Origin: an uncultured Synechococcus sp.
Lineage (GTDB): Bacteria; Cyanobacteriota; Cyanobacteriia; PCC-6307; Cyanobiaceae
Assembly: GCA_964632245.1 (NCBI GenBank)
Contig: CAZWFG010000001.1
Location: 1-39,515, forward strand
DNA length: 39,515 nt
Direction: 5' to 3'
Shown here piece after piece: positions 26,796-36,264 of this stretch; within the stretch, counting starts at the first letter, position 1, and every line of letters starts with the position of its first letter. Both the position numbers and the translations under genes were made by a program. Below the pieces are notes generated by a model, which saw nothing but the letters and a program-made list of their open reading frames with translations, was not told the DNA's origin and made no database searches.

Positions 26796-27698
26796 TCAGG
26801 CCACCTGGAGTTCGGCGATCAGTTGCTCCAGTTCCGCCCCACTCACCTGGTAAGTCTCATTGCAGAAGTGGCAGGTGAGTTCGGCGCCGCCATCGGTTTC
26901 CACCATCTCGATCAACTGCTCACGACCTAGCAGTTTCAGAGCGGCGACGCTGCGGCGGCGGGTGCAGGGACAGTGGAAGGTGACCGACTGGCAGGCCTGG
27001 TCCGCATCGATGACGGGATCGAGGTCGGTGAAAACCGCTTCGAGCAGGTCCCTGAGGTCCTCCCCGCACCGCTGCAGGCGCTGACTGAAGTCCCGGATCT
27101 CGCTGCAGCGTTCCTCCAGCAGGGCCACCAGGGCCGGCTCCCGGGCAGCCTTGGGCAGCACCTGCACCAGCAGGCCACCGCAACTGCGGATGCCGCTGCT
27201 GTCGATCGTCTCGCCCACGAACAGGGCGGAGGGGGTCTGTTCGGAATGGAGCAGGTACGAGGCCACGTCTTCGCCGATGCAGCCGCTCACGAGTTCGACG
27301 GTGCTGCTGTAGGGGGGGCCGCTGCCGTCATCCCGCACCACATGCAGGTATCCCTGGCCGACGGCACCGGGGAAATCAAACCGGGGAATGCTGCCGATGG
27401 GGGCCAGCTCCAGATCAGGGCGGCCGACCCGACCCCGCACGGTGCCATCCCTTCCGGCATCGACGGTGAGGCCCTGCAGCGGACCATCGGCTTGAAGGCG
27501 CAGATTCACGCGACCGTGGGCCACCTTCATCGAGCTGGCCAGCAGCAGTCCGGCGGTCATCGCTCGGCCCAGCAGGGCGCTTGTCAGGTACGAGAGCCCA
27601 TGACGGCGGCGGGCATAGCGGGTTGTCACCGTGGTTGTCACGGCCACCAGCCGGATGCCGCCACCGACGGCGGTGGCACGGACCAACTGGTCAGGCAT
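26796..27698 (-). CDS. hslO: redox-regulated chaperone Hsp33
   Basis: From CAT at 27696-27698 the translation starts [16 protein letters not shown]. The C-terminal zinc centre CPCTRRR...CHFCNETY fits CxC...CxxC. Confidence 0.9.
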   Translation of the reverse strand: MPDQLVRATAVGGGIRLVAVTTTVTTRYARRRHGLSYLTSALLGRAMTAGLLLASSMKVAHGRVNLRLQADGPLQGLTVDAGRDGTVRGRVGRPDLELAPIGSIPRFDFPGAVGQGYLHVVRDDGSGPPYSSTVELVSGCIGEDVASYLLHSEQTPSALFVGETIDSSGIRSCGGLLVQVLPKAAREPALVALLEERCSEIRDFSQRLQRCGEDLRDLLEAVFTDLDPVIDADQACQSVTFHCPCTRRRSVAALKLLGREQLIEMVETDGGAELTCHFCNETYQVSGAELEQLIAELQVA

Positions 27699-28341
27699 GG
27701 TCGGGGAGGGACTCGTCGAATCGTACGCAGCGCCCCCCCTGCAGCCGCCAGCGCTGGCTGACCAACGCATCGAAGCAGTCCGGTTCGTGGGTCACCAGCA
27801 ACAGCAGCCGGTCCTGCGCCAGATCCTGCAGCAGCTCGACCAGCTCCCGCCGTACGGACCAGTCGAGACCGGCGGTGGGTTCGTCGAGCAGCAGCACCGG
27901 CGGATCCCTGAGCAGCTGCACCGCCAGGGCCAGCCGCCGCTGTTGACCACCGCTCAGCAGTTCCGGAGGCTGTTGCAGCGCCAGGCCACCCAGGCCCACC
28001 CGATCCAGGGCCCCTCGCAGCTGCTCCGTCGCCAGGCGGCGATGGCCCAGCCGCAGTTCCTGACCGACGCTGAGCCCTAGAAAGTGGCGTTCAGGGAACT
28101 GAAACACCAGCCCGCACAGCCAGCGGCGTTCCCGTGGCGTTGTTTCCTTGCCCTGCCAGAGGATCTGTCCCCGCTCCTGGCGGGCCAGACCGGCGATGAT
28201 GTCGAGGAGGGTGCTCTTGCCGGATCCACTGCGGCCGGCCACCAGGCCGGGCGCGCCCCGCTCAAGCCTCAGGTTCACCTCTTGCAGCACCGGCACCCCG
28301 GCCGTCGCCGGGTGGTAGCTGATCCCCCTGAGTTCCAGCAT
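27691..28341 (-). CDS. ABC transporter ATP-binding protein (CbiO/EcfA-like, stand-alone ATPase)
   Basis: Walker A is GRSGSGKST, the signature is [12 protein letters not shown] and Walker B is [11 protein letters not shown]. It overlaps the hslO start by 8 nt. No permease gene is adjacent. Confidence 0.85.
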   Translation of the reverse strand: MLELRGISYHPATAGVPVLQEVNLRLERGAPGLVAGRSGSGKSTLLDIIAGLARQERGQILWQGKETTPRERRWLCGLVFQFPERHFLGLSVGQELRLGHRRLATEQLRGALDRVGLGGLALQQPPELLSGGQQRRLALAVQLLRDPPVLLLDEPTAGLDWSVRRELVELLQDLAQDRLLLLVTHEPDCFDALVSQRWRLQGGRCVRFDESLPDHA

Positions 28342-28379
28342 GCCTCCGTGCCCCTGCCACCGCCCCTTAGCTTGACCCC

Positions 28380-28823
28380 ATGCAGGTTCACGTCCGCGAA
28401 TTCGATCCCTTCGACTGCTGGTTCTGGCTGCGGTTTCCCCACAGTCCCGGCTCGGGGGAGCGCCAGTACCTCGAAGAGGTCTTCAACAGCTGGTACTTTC
28501 TCGGCCGCCTGGGGGCCTGCAATGCCGAGAACCTGCAGGTGCATGAGCAGGGGGCCGACATCAGCTGGATGGCCTACGACAACGAGGCCGCTGAGGGTGG
28601 ACTGCAGGCGCTGATGCACAACCTGGGCACGATGGAATACCGCGGCGACTGGGCACGCATCTGGGCCGATCTGGGCACCAGCGATGGGGTGGCCCTCGAC
28701 GTGCTGATCAATGCCCTCCACGGCCTGGATCGGGATCTGGTGCCGATCGAAGAACTCAAGATCGGCGGCATGAACGAGGACTGGCCGGCGGATGCCGGCG
28801 ACGAACGCTTCTTCGCTGACTGA
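28380..28823 (+). CDS. DUF3531-like protein (conserved in cyanobacteria and plastid-bearing eukaryotes)
   Basis: The translation contains MQVHVREFDPFDCWFWLRF...SWYFLGRLGACNAENLQV...WADLGTSD. It matches my memory of DUF3531. Confidence 0.6.
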   Translation: MQVHVREFDPFDCWFWLRFPHSPGSGERQYLEEVFNSWYFLGRLGACNAENLQVHEQGADISWMAYDNEAAEGGLQALMHNLGTMEYRGDWARIWADLGTSDGVALDVLINALHGLDRDLVPIEELKIGGMNEDWPADAGDERFFAD

Positions 28824-28833
28824 GGCCATCGCC

Positions 28834-29598
28834 ATGGCGGAACAGCGGCGCCTGCTGATCCCGGCGGATCGCCTTGCGGCCGGTGCTGCCGGGCTGCTGC
28901 TCACGGAAGCCGAGCGCCACTATCTGGAGAGGGTGCTGCGGCTGCGGCCCGGGGATGGCTTCACGGTGGTCGATGGCGTCGGCGGTGTGCGTCCGGCCTG
29001 GCTGCAGTCGGCTGGCCGCGCCGACCTTGGAGCACCGCAGCCGCCTGGCGTCAGGCCCAGGCCCCAGCTGGGGCTGCTGGCCGCTGTGGTGCGGCGAGAT
29101 TTTGACGTGCTGCTGCGCATGGCCACGGAACTCGGCGTCGATGAGCTGCGTCCGCTGCAGGCCGACCGCTGTTCCCCTTCCATCGCCTCGGGGCGCGGAA
29201 CCCGCTGGGAGAGCCTGTTGCGGGAAGCCCTCGAGCAATGTGAACGGCTGTGGCTGCCGCAGCTGGGTGAGGTGATGCCGGCGCGGTCGGCGTTCACCCC
29301 CTCGGTCGGCGCCAACGAGCGTCGTTGGCTCTGTCTCAGCCGCCAGGAGGGGATCCCCTCGCTGCTGGACCAGCTGCTGCTGGCGGATCCCCTAGCCGAC
29401 GCGGGCTGGTGGATCGCCTGCGGCCCCGAGGGGGGCTGGACGCCCGAAGAGGAAGAACTGGCCCTGGCTGCCGGCTGGCAACCGGTCAGCCTTGGTCCCA
29501 CGATCCTGCGATCTTCGACCGCAGCTGTGGCGGCGCTGACGCTGCTCAGCCAGTTCCGCTTCAGCGGCCGCCCCGCATCGACGCGGCCAGATCCCTGA
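28834..29598 (+). CDS. rsmE: 16S rRNA (uracil1498-N3)-methyltransferase
   Basis: From ATG 28834 the translation contains MAEQRRLLIP...HYLERVLRLRPGD, ACGPEGGWTPEE and LGPTILRSSTAAVAAL, which are RsmE/SPOUT knot motifs. Confidence 0.8.
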   Translation: MAEQRRLLIPADRLAAGAAGLLLTEAERHYLERVLRLRPGDGFTVVDGVGGVRPAWLQSAGRADLGAPQPPGVRPRPQLGLLAAVVRRDFDVLLRMATELGVDELRPLQADRCSPSIASGRGTRWESLLREALEQCERLWLPQLGEVMPARSAFTPSVGANERRWLCLSRQEGIPSLLDQLLLADPLADAGWWIACGPEGGWTPEEEELALAAGWQPVSLGPTILRSSTAAVAALTLLSQFRFSGRPASTRPDP

Positions 29599-30007
29599 AC
29601 GGCGCCAGGTTCGCCCCGGGACGGCGCCGGCCGCGGGGGAGCGCCTGGCCGGGGTTGAGCAGTTCAGCAGCAAAGGTGGTCAGCTCCCGGGGAACTTCTG
29701 CTTTCTGGGCTGCGGCCCGCTCGGCGGCCAGGGCCTCGGCCGTGGTGAGCGAGGGGCCTGCCGACGGTGCCGCCGAGTCGGTGGTGTTGGCGTTGGCGGC
29801 CGCCGCGCCCTCGGCCACGGCCACGGGCGCGGGCACCTTCAGGGTCACCGCCTTGGGGCCTGACGATGCTGCGGTGACCGGTGCTGCGGTGACGGATTTC
29901 GACGCGGAAGCCACGGGGGCCACGGTGGCCGCGGGTTGGTCCCCGCCCCCCTCCGACAGCTCCAGGAAAGGCTTGCGCTCGCCGCCGAAAAGCTTCTGGA
30001 AGACCAT
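29561..30007 (-). CDS. hypothetical Ala/Pro-rich protein (148 aa)
   Basis: It begins MVFQKLFGGERKPFLELSEGG, has a low-complexity Ala/Pro/Val middle and ends RRRPGANLAPFRDLAASM. It overlaps the convergent rsmE end by 38 nt. I cannot name a family. Confidence 0.45.
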   Translation of the reverse strand: MVFQKLFGGERKPFLELSEGGGDQPAATVAPVASASKSVTAAPVTAASSGPKAVTLKVPAPVAVAEGAAAANANTTDSAAPSAGPSLTTAEALAAERAAAQKAEVPRELTTFAAELLNPGQALPRGRRRPGANLAPFRDLAASMRGGR

Positions 30008-30031
30008 GGAGCAGGGACGGATCTGCCGCGA

Positions 30032-30355
30032 TTATCCCTGCACCGCTGCCCCTGCCGGCGGTTCCGTAGGGCTGTGCAACATCAGCGGCGGTGACGCCGG
30101 CAGCCGTTCCAGCACCCAGTCGGCATTGATGGTCAACACCGCCAGGTCGTCGTCGCGGACCACCTGCAGCAAGGAAGGCTCGGCACTGCGAGCCCCCCCC
30201 TCGCAGCAGATCACACGCGCAAGGAAAGGGGGGCGCCGCGGTGCTGCCACCGCCACGACATCCCCCACCTCGACCTGGAGAAACACCGCCACCCACCGCT
30301 CAGCCCTGGTACAGGTGTACTGTAGCGCCAATGTGGAGTGAGCCCTCAGGGCCAT
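30032..30355 (-). CDS. DUF3104-like protein
   Basis: FLQVEVGDVVAV...FLARVICCEGGARSAEPSLLQVVRDDDLAVLTINADWVLERL parallels the DUF3104 pattern (FL.V..GD.V.V...WWIG.VI...G.AR.....LFQV.....G....INAD.V..IL) from memory. The start could be at 30355 (Met11), at 30385, or further downstream. Confidence 0.5.
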   Translation of the reverse strand: MALRAHSTLALQYTCTRAERWVAVFLQVEVGDVVAVAAPRRPPFLARVICCEGGARSAEPSLLQVVRDDDLAVLTINADWVLERLPASPPLMLHSPTEPPAGAAVQG

Positions 30356-30372
30356 GTCCGGTCCCTTCCCCG

Positions 30373-31116
30373 ATGACCCTTCCACCCTTCGCCATCCCCT
30401 GGCTGATCAGTGGCCTGGCCAATGCCGTGCTGATCCTTCCCTTGCGGCGGGTGCCGGTGCTCACCGGCGCCGGCTGGCTGCATGCCTGGATCCTGGGCAC
30501 CCTGCTGGGGGCCTGCCTGGGCTGGCGGGGCTGGCTGGCGGTGGTGCTGTACCTGGTTCTGGGATCCCTGGTCACCCGCCTCGGTCTGGCCCGCAAGCGA
30601 GCCGCCGGCCTGGCGGAGAACCGTGATGGTCGCCGTGGGCCTGAGAACGTCTGGGGATCGGCCGCCACCGGGGCTGTGCTGGCCCTGGTCAGCACAGCCC
30701 CGGGAGCGCCGCGGCCGTTGCTGCTCATCGGGTTCGTCGCCAGCTTCGCCGCGAAGCTCGGTGACACCTGCGGCAGCGAGATCGGCAAGCGCTGGGGGCG
30801 GCGGACGATCTCGCTGACGCGCCTGCGACCGGTGCCTGCCGGCACCGAAGGGGCGGTGAGCCTGGAGGGGACCGTCGCCAGCCTGGTCGGTGCCGCACTC
30901 TTCAGCGCCCTGGCGATGGTCCTGGGATTGCTGCCCCAGGGCCTGGTGCCGGCCCTGACGCTGCTGGCCTGGCTGGCGACGCTGATCGAGAGCCTGATCG
31001 GGGCCGAACTGCAGCCACGGCTGGCCTGGCTCAGCAACGAGGGCGTCAATGCACTGATGACCATGCTGGCTGCCGCTCTGGCGATGGTTCTGCTGGGCCC
31101 CAGCCTTCAGCCATGA
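30373..31116 (+). CDS. DUF92/TMEM19-family membrane protein (the family that contains plant VTE6 phytyl-phosphate kinase)
   Basis: From ATG 30373 the protein is polytopic and contains ENRDGRRGPENVWGS and AAKLGDTCGSEIGKRWGRRT, which are typical of COG1836/DUF92. Confidence 0.65.
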   Translation: MTLPPFAIPWLISGLANAVLILPLRRVPVLTGAGWLHAWILGTLLGACLGWRGWLAVVLYLVLGSLVTRLGLARKRAAGLAENRDGRRGPENVWGSAATGAVLALVSTAPGAPRPLLLIGFVASFAAKLGDTCGSEIGKRWGRRTISLTRLRPVPAGTEGAVSLEGTVASLVGAALFSALAMVLGLLPQGLVPALTLLAWLATLIESLIGAELQPRLAWLSNEGVNALMTMLAAALAMVLLGPSLQP

Positions 31117-31855
31117 GCCGCTCACGCAGCGCCCGCCGGCATTGCTGCAGGCGACGGGACAGGCGGGGGACGGTCCAGCCGATCTCGGCGGCCACCTCAC
31201 GGCGGGGTCGCCCGTGCATCAGGCAGTCGACCAACAGCTTGCGGTCGAGGGCCGGCAGACCCCGCAGACGTTCGCGGAGTTCCTGCCACGCCAGATGCTC
31301 CAGCGGCTGGCGCCCACCGGCCTCGAGGCATTCCTGCAGCGAGGCTCCGTCGTCCCCACCGCTGGGCTTGTCAAGGCTGGTGCACTGCAGCGCATGGTGC
31401 AGCTCCTGGGCCTGGCGGATCCGGGTGACCCGGCAGTCGAGTCGGGCGGCCAGCTCCTCATCCGTCAGGGGACGGTCCCCTCCATGCAGGCGGGACTGGT
31501 TCAGCTGTTCGATCCGGGCATGGAGCGACCTGAGGCGCCAGCTGCTGCGAACGACCGGCACCCGGTCGCGGATGTGGTGACGGATGTGACCCTGGATGTA
31601 AGGGACAGCAAAGCTGCTGAAGGCGACGCCGCGGTCGGAATCGAACCGTTCGGCGGCTGCGATCAAACCCTGGCGGCCGATCTGCTCCAGATCATCGACA
31701 GGTTCACTGCACAGGTGCCGCAGGCGGTTCACCTGCTGGTGCACCAGGTTCAGATGCCGCAACACCAGGGCATTGCGCTGGCGAACGGCCAGTCCTTCAG
31801 GACGGACGGCAAGGGAGGAAGCCATGGCAGGCATGGGTTCAGGGAACCTGCCCAC
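31046..31855 (-). CDS. group 3 (SigF/SigB-type) sigma-70 family RNA polymerase sigma factor
   Basis: Region 2 is DLEQIGRQGLIAAAERFDSDRGVAFSSFAVPYIQGHIRHHIRD and the region 4 HTH is RREVAAEIGWTVPRLSRRLQQCRRAL. There are alternative starts at Met8 and Met11. It overlaps the convergent DUF92 gene by 71 nt. Confidence 0.85.
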   Translation of the reverse strand: MGRFPEPMPAMASSLAVRPEGLAVRQRNALVLRHLNLVHQQVNRLRHLCSEPVDDLEQIGRQGLIAAAERFDSDRGVAFSSFAVPYIQGHIRHHIRDRVPVVRSSWRLRSLHARIEQLNQSRLHGGDRPLTDEELAARLDCRVTRIRQAQELHHALQCTSLDKPSGGDDGASLQECLEAGGRQPLEHLAWQELRERLRGLPALDRKLLVDCLMHGRPRREVAAEIGWTVPRLSRRLQQCRRALRERLMAEGWGPAEPSPERQPAWSSVH

Positions 31856-31889
31856 CCTTGGGAGGCCGGTCCCCCGCCATCAGCGCTGA

Positions 31890-31914
31890 CCGGAGGGGGG
31901 AAGGCCCCCCCCGG
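31890..31914 (-). terminator. GC-rich hairpin downstream of msrA (no U-tract); weak terminator or leader structure
   Basis: CCGGAGGGGGG aagg CCCCCCCCGG gives about 9-10 G-C pairs with one mismatch. It lies 42 nt after the msrA stop and 35 nt upstream of the sigma factor ORF start. Confidence 0.3.
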
Positions 31915-31955
31915 AAGCCCCTGGTCAGATGCCGTCGAAACAGGCTAAGGACTGC

Positions 31956-32615
31956 TCAGAGCTGGATCGGTGTGTTGTCACTGCGAAGCACACAGTGGCT
32001 GATCGTCCAGTCGTAGTGCTCCCAGACCGCCGCAGGCAGCATGAACGACGCCCCCGGAAAATCGCTGAGGCAAACTCCGCTCGGTTGGGCCGAGCAGTAG
32101 GGGCGGCTGCCTGGTTTGGCCAGGTACTGCTGGTGATAGGGCTCTGCCGGATGGAAGGTCTGGTCGGCACGCACATCGGTGGTGATGGGGCCGAACCCGC
32201 GGGCCTGCAGGGCCGCCTGGTAGGCCTGACGTGAGGCCTGCGCCAGGGACAGCAGGGCGGGGTCGCTGACGTAGATGGCCGAGCGGTACTGGCTGCCACG
32301 ATCATTCCCCTGGCGGTCCCCCTGGGTGGGGTCGTGGCACTCCCAGAAGAGCTTGAGCAGGTCGCTGAAATCGACGGTGGCGGTGTTCCAGACCACCCGC
32401 ACCACCTCGGCGTGACCAGTGGTTCCGCTGCACACCCGGTCGTAGCTGGGTCTGGGGTCGGTGCCGCCCGCATAGCCCACGGCCGTGGTCACGACCCCGG
32501 GGAGCCGCCAGAAGCCCTTTTCGGCCCCCCAAAAACAACCGCAACCAAAGAGGGCTTCCCCCTGGCCCGGCTCGATCGGTGCCGTGATGGGGGTTCCCAG
32601 GACCGCGTGGTTCAT
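31956..32615 (-). CDS. msrA: peptide-methionine (S)-S-oxide reductase
   Basis: The active-site block is GCGCFWGAEKGFW. GYAGG, GHAEVV and YHQQYLAK are also present. I chose the Met at 32615; the ORF extends to 32657. Confidence 0.9.
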   Translation of the reverse strand: MNHAVLGTPITAPIEPGQGEALFGCGCFWGAEKGFWRLPGVVTTAVGYAGGTDPRPSYDRVCSGTTGHAEVVRVVWNTATVDFSDLLKLFWECHDPTQGDRQGNDRGSQYRSAIYVSDPALLSLAQASRQAYQAALQARGFGPITTDVRADQTFHPAEPYHQQYLAKPGSRPYCSAQPSGVCLSDFPGASFMLPAAVWEHYDWTISHCVLRSDNTPIQL

Positions 32616-32637
32616 TTCAGATTCACCAGGCTGCTGA

Positions 32638-32907
32638 TCACGAAGTCTGGCCATCACCGGGGGCGGGCCGTGGATCCAGGGCGATGTGGTTGATCAGTGT
32701 GGTCGTGAAGGCGAACAGCAGGAAAGGGAGCGACAGCACCAGGATCAAGCCCACGCCCACCAGGGCGAACAGCGGACGGCTGGCCCCCATCAGACCCAGG
32801 GCCGTGGCGAGGCTCAGGAAGATCACACCCATCCAGGCCAGCACCTGGCCGTAGATGTCACCGAAGGTGAGGGTGCAGCGAAGGCTGTAGGGGGTCGGCA
32901 GAGACAC
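32638..32907 (-). CDS. hypothetical small membrane protein (89 aa, 2 TM)
   Basis: The hydrophobic segments are VLAWMGVIFLSLATALGLM and LFALVGVGLILVLSLPFLLFAF. The start is GTG and codon usage is GC3-rich. Confidence 0.5.
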   Translation of the reverse strand: MSLPTPYSLRCTLTFGDIYGQVLAWMGVIFLSLATALGLMGASRPLFALVGVGLILVLSLPFLLFAFTTTLINHIALDPRPAPGDGQTS

Positions 32908-32998
32908 GGGACCATGGCTCGGTTCCCTGGCCTAGGCCGGCCTGGGGGCCACCCCCACGGATGCGCCGGAAAGCTTCGGCTGTCGCCACCGTCCGCCC

Positions 32999-34753
32999 TC
33001 AGACAGCCTGCAGCTGGCTGGCCGCCTGCTCCCGATCCCAGAGGCGGCGGTAGGGGCCCGGCTGGCTGAGCAGCTGATCGTGATGACCCTGCTGCACCAG
33101 CCGGCCCCGCTCCATCACCAGCACCCGGTCGCAGGCGGCGGCCGCCGACAGCTGATGGCTGATGAACAGCACCGACTGGCGGGATCGGCTGCGCAGATCC
33201 TGCAGAATCGCGGCGGCTGTGCGGTTGTCGACGCTGGCCAGGGCATCATCCAGCACCAGCAGCGGGGCCTCCATCAGCAGAGCCCGGCCGAGGGCGGTGC
33301 GCTGGCGCTGGCCGCCGCTCAGGGTGATGCCCCGTTCACCGACCAGGGTGTCGTAGCGGTCGGGGAAACCGGCCACATCGCCAGCCAGCTGGGCCCGTTC
33401 CGCCACAGTGGCCACGGCGGCGAGTGGGGTCTCAGGCGCACCGAAGCGCAGGTTGTCGCCCAGGCTTGCGGTGAACAGGAAGCCCTCCTGGGGCACAAGG
33501 GCCAGCTGCCGGCGCAGGTCGGCCAGGCTCAGCCGTGTCACATCAACACCATCGATGAACAGCTGACCCTCGGGCACCTGCAACAACCTGCCCAGGGCCC
33601 GTGCCAGGGTCGTCTTGCCGCAGCCCACGGGACCGACCACCGCCACGAGCTCACCGGGTTCGACCGTGAAGCTGAGGTCAACGATGGCCGGCTCACGGGC
33701 ATCGGCATACCGGATCTGCAGTGCCTTGGCCTCGAGCCGGGCACCGGCCGGGCTGGGGACACCGGCGGCCTGCGGCTGGGGGCAATCCTCGATCTGCGAC
33801 CGGCGGCGCAGCAGTTCCTCCACCCGTTCCAGGCTCACCTGGCCGGTCTGGAACGTGCTGAGGGTGAACCCCAGCAGGGCGGTGGGAAACACCAGCCGCT
33901 CGACATAGAGGATCAGCGCGATCAGCCCCCCCAGGCTGAGGTTGCCGCCCTCGAGACGACCGGATCCGAGGGCGATCAGCACCAGCACGGAGAGGGAACT
34001 GATGCCCTCGAGCAACGGGAACAACGTGCTGCGGGTGCGGGCCAGGGTGATGGCGGCCTCGCGGTAGCGCTGGCTCAGGTCGGCGAAGGCGGCCCGCTCG
34101 CTGACCTCCTGGCCATAAATCTTGATAGCCCCGATGCCGGAGAGATCCTCCTGCACGAGGTCGCTCATGGCGGCGAGGTCCTGCTGCAGTCGCCGCTGCT
34201 GCCGCATCATGCGACCGCCGGAGAGGCCCACCAGCAGCAACATCAACGGGTACAGAAGAATCGCCGCCAGGCTGAGGCCCGGTTCGATCGCCAGCATCGC
34301 CGGCAGGGTGAGGGCGTAGGCCATGGCGGTGTTGCTGAGGCTCAGCACCGCGAAGCCGAGCAGGCGCCGCACGTTCTCAACGTCACTGGTGGAACGGCTG
34401 ATCACATCGCCGCTGCCCGCCTGCTGCACCCAGCCCGGCTCCTGGCGCAGCAGATGGTCGAAGATCCGCTGCCGCAGGCTCACTTCCACATGGCGCCCGG
34501 CACCGAAGACCAGCACCCGGGAGGCCAGCCGCACCAATCCCATCAGGGTGGCGAGACCACCGATGAGCAGGGCCTGGCGCAGCAGGTCGTCGAGGCTGAA
34601 CCCGGGGCGCAGGGCATTGATCGTGCGCTGCACCAGCAGCGGCAGGGTGGTTCCGAGGATGTTGACCACCAGCAGGGCGGCCATGCCCAGCAACAGCTCC
34701 CGTCGCTGGGGGCGCAGCTGACGGGCGATCAGGGCGAGCTGCAGGGGGGCCAT
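32999..34753 (-). CDS. ABC exporter, fused permease/ATP-binding protein (MsbA/MdlB-like)
   Basis: From CAT at 34751-34753 the translation begins MAPLQLALIARQLRPQRRELLLGMAALLVVN. It has a six-helix TMD, Walker A GPVGCGKTT, signature LSGGQRQR and Walker B LLVLDDALASVD. The upstream 225 codons of the 809-aa ORF are not coding. Confidence 0.85.
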   Translation of the reverse strand: MAPLQLALIARQLRPQRRELLLGMAALLVVNILGTTLPLLVQRTINALRPGFSLDDLLRQALLIGGLATLMGLVRLASRVLVFGAGRHVEVSLRQRIFDHLLRQEPGWVQQAGSGDVISRSTSDVENVRRLLGFAVLSLSNTAMAYALTLPAMLAIEPGLSLAAILLYPLMLLLVGLSGGRMMRQQRRLQQDLAAMSDLVQEDLSGIGAIKIYGQEVSERAAFADLSQRYREAAITLARTRSTLFPLLEGISSLSVLVLIALGSGRLEGGNLSLGGLIALILYVERLVFPTALLGFTLSTFQTGQVSLERVEELLRRRSQIEDCPQPQAAGVPSPAGARLEAKALQIRYADAREPAIVDLSFTVEPGELVAVVGPVGCGKTTLARALGRLLQVPEGQLFIDGVDVTRLSLADLRRQLALVPQEGFLFTASLGDNLRFGAPETPLAAVATVAERAQLAGDVAGFPDRYDTLVGERGITLSGGQRQRTALGRALLMEAPLLVLDDALASVDNRTAAAILQDLRSRSRQSVLFISHQLSAAAACDRVLVMERGRLVQQGHHDQLLSQPGPYRRLWDREQAASQLQAV

Positions 34754-34801
34754 CGCGGGCGGCTGGGGCGGCCCCAAACTACGGAGGCTCCGCCGTCGGC
34801 C

Positions 34802-35140
34802 ATGGCTGCCCCCCCCCGCGATCCCGAGACCAACCGGGACCAGGTCCATCCGCTCCATGCCAGCGACCGCGAGACCGTCGATGGGCTGCTGGCGGTCGAG
34901 CAGCCGGGGGATGATCATCTGGTCGATGCGGCCCGGTTGCTGATCCGCTACGACGGCTTTCCCGGTGCCGCTGATCTGCGCCAGGACCTGATGAAGGCGA
35001 TCTCCCACTGGGGGTTCGACCGCGCCGCCCTCGAGGTCCGTTGCCGTGCCCTCTGGCAGGGGGGCTTCCGCCCGGGCCGCCCCCAGGGGGAGCAGACCGT
35101 GGGCAGTGGCTTCGACACCGATGCCGCCGCCGACGGCTAG
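34802..35140 (+). CDS. DUF3288-like protein
   Basis: From ATG 34802 the translation contains QVHPLHASDRETVDGLLAVEQPGDDHLVDAARLLIRYDGFPGAADLRQDL, which matches my memory of DUF3288 (..HPQ...DR..VD.LL.....D.NL.ELARL.IRY.GFPGA.DIQ.DL). The rest of the 686-aa ORF is an antisense shadow of the ABC exporter. Confidence 0.6.
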   Translation: MAAPPRDPETNRDQVHPLHASDRETVDGLLAVEQPGDDHLVDAARLLIRYDGFPGAADLRQDLMKAISHWGFDRAALEVRCRALWQGGFRPGRPQGEQTVGSGFDTDAAADG

Positions 35141-35190
35141 CGGGCCCAGGGCCCGGACCGTCATCCTGGAGGTCACCCTGGCCCAGCATC

Positions 35191-36243
35191 GTGAGCAGCG
35201 CCTCCACCACGACCCCATCCTGGCCCCGCCTGCTCGAAGACCTGCTGGAAGGCCAGCGGCTCGATGGGGCCGCGGCCGCGGCGCTGATGGAGGCCTGGCT
35301 CGCCGACGGGCTTGCCCCCGTCCAGACCGGCGCCTTCCTCGCGGCCCTGCGGTGCCGCGACCCTGACCCGGTCGAACTGGCGGCCATGGCCACCGTGCTG
35401 CGCCGGGCCGCCCCCCTGCCGTCACCACGGCCAGCCCTGCCCCTGGCGGACACCTGCGGCACCGGAGGCGATGGTGCCGACAGTTTCAACATCTCGACCG
35501 CCGTGGCCTTCACCGCGGCCGCCTGTGGGATCACCATTGCCAAGCACGGCAACCGCAGCGCCAGTGGCCGGGTGGGGTCGGCTGATGTGCTCGAAGCCCT
35601 CGGCCTCAACCTGGCGGCGCCCCTCCCCAGGGTGCTGGGGGCTCTGGAACCCCTGGGGGTGACCTTCCTCTTCGCACCGGGCTGGCATCCGGCCCTGGGG
35701 CGGCTGGCGGCCCTTCGCCGCACCCTTGGGGTGCGGACGGTGTTCAACCTGCTGGGGCCCCTGGTCAATCCGCTCCAACCGGAGGTGCAGGTGCTGGGGG
35801 TGGCCCGGCCCTCCCTGCTTCAGCCCATGGCCGGGGCACTGCAGCGGCTTGGTCTGCAGCGGGCGGTGGTGGTGCATGGGCATGGGGGCCTGGATGAGGC
35901 CTCCCTCTCGGGGCCGAGTCAGCTCTGGCTGCTCGAAGGGGGCGAGCTGCGCGAGGAATGGCTGGATCCGGGGAGCCTGGGTCTGGTGAGCGCTGGCCCG
36001 GCCGAGCTGGCGGGCGGCGATCTCGGCACCAATGCCGCGATCCTGCAGGCGGTGCTCGAGGGGCGTGGCACAGCGGCCCAGACCGACGCGGTGCGGCTCA
36101 ACACCGCCCTGGTGCTCTGGGCCGCCGGGGCGGTGACCGACTGGCGCACTGGGGTCGATCAGGCCGGAGCCTGCCTCGCAGCCGGCGCCCCCTGGCAGCG
36201 TTTCGGGGAGCTGGCCGACTGGCTTCGCAGCCCTGAGGGATGA
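35191..36243 (+). CDS. trpD: anthranilate phosphoribosyltransferase
   Basis: The translation contains DTCGTGGDGADSFNISTA, AKHGNRSASGRVGSADVLEALG and RTVFNLLGPLVNP. I chose the GTG start at 35191. Confidence 0.9.
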   Translation: MSSASTTTPSWPRLLEDLLEGQRLDGAAAAALMEAWLADGLAPVQTGAFLAALRCRDPDPVELAAMATVLRRAAPLPSPRPALPLADTCGTGGDGADSFNISTAVAFTAAACGITIAKHGNRSASGRVGSADVLEALGLNLAAPLPRVLGALEPLGVTFLFAPGWHPALGRLAALRRTLGVRTVFNLLGPLVNPLQPEVQVLGVARPSLLQPMAGALQRLGLQRAVVVHGHGGLDEASLSGPSQLWLLEGGELREEWLDPGSLGLVSAGPAELAGGDLGTNAAILQAVLEGRGTAAQTDAVRLNTALVLWAAGAVTDWRTGVDQAGACLAAGAPWQRFGELADWLRSPEG

Positions 36244-36264
36244 TGCGGAAGGGTGCAGAGACGG

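Noticed and set aside
32932-32955. Overlapping palindromes GGCCTAGGCC / AGGCCGGCCT between the small membrane-protein gene and the ABC exporter
   Set aside because: They are short, GC-only palindromes of restriction-site type with no T-tract. The better hairpin nearby (GCCGGA-aagc-TTCGGC) folds on the non-transcribed strand. I cannot support a function.
33080-34753. The 5' 1.7 kb of the 686-aa plus-strand ORF
   Set aside because: It is antisense to the ABC exporter gene and low in complexity. Only the last 112 codons (34802-35140) look like a real protein (DUF3288-like), and those lie outside the exporter gene.
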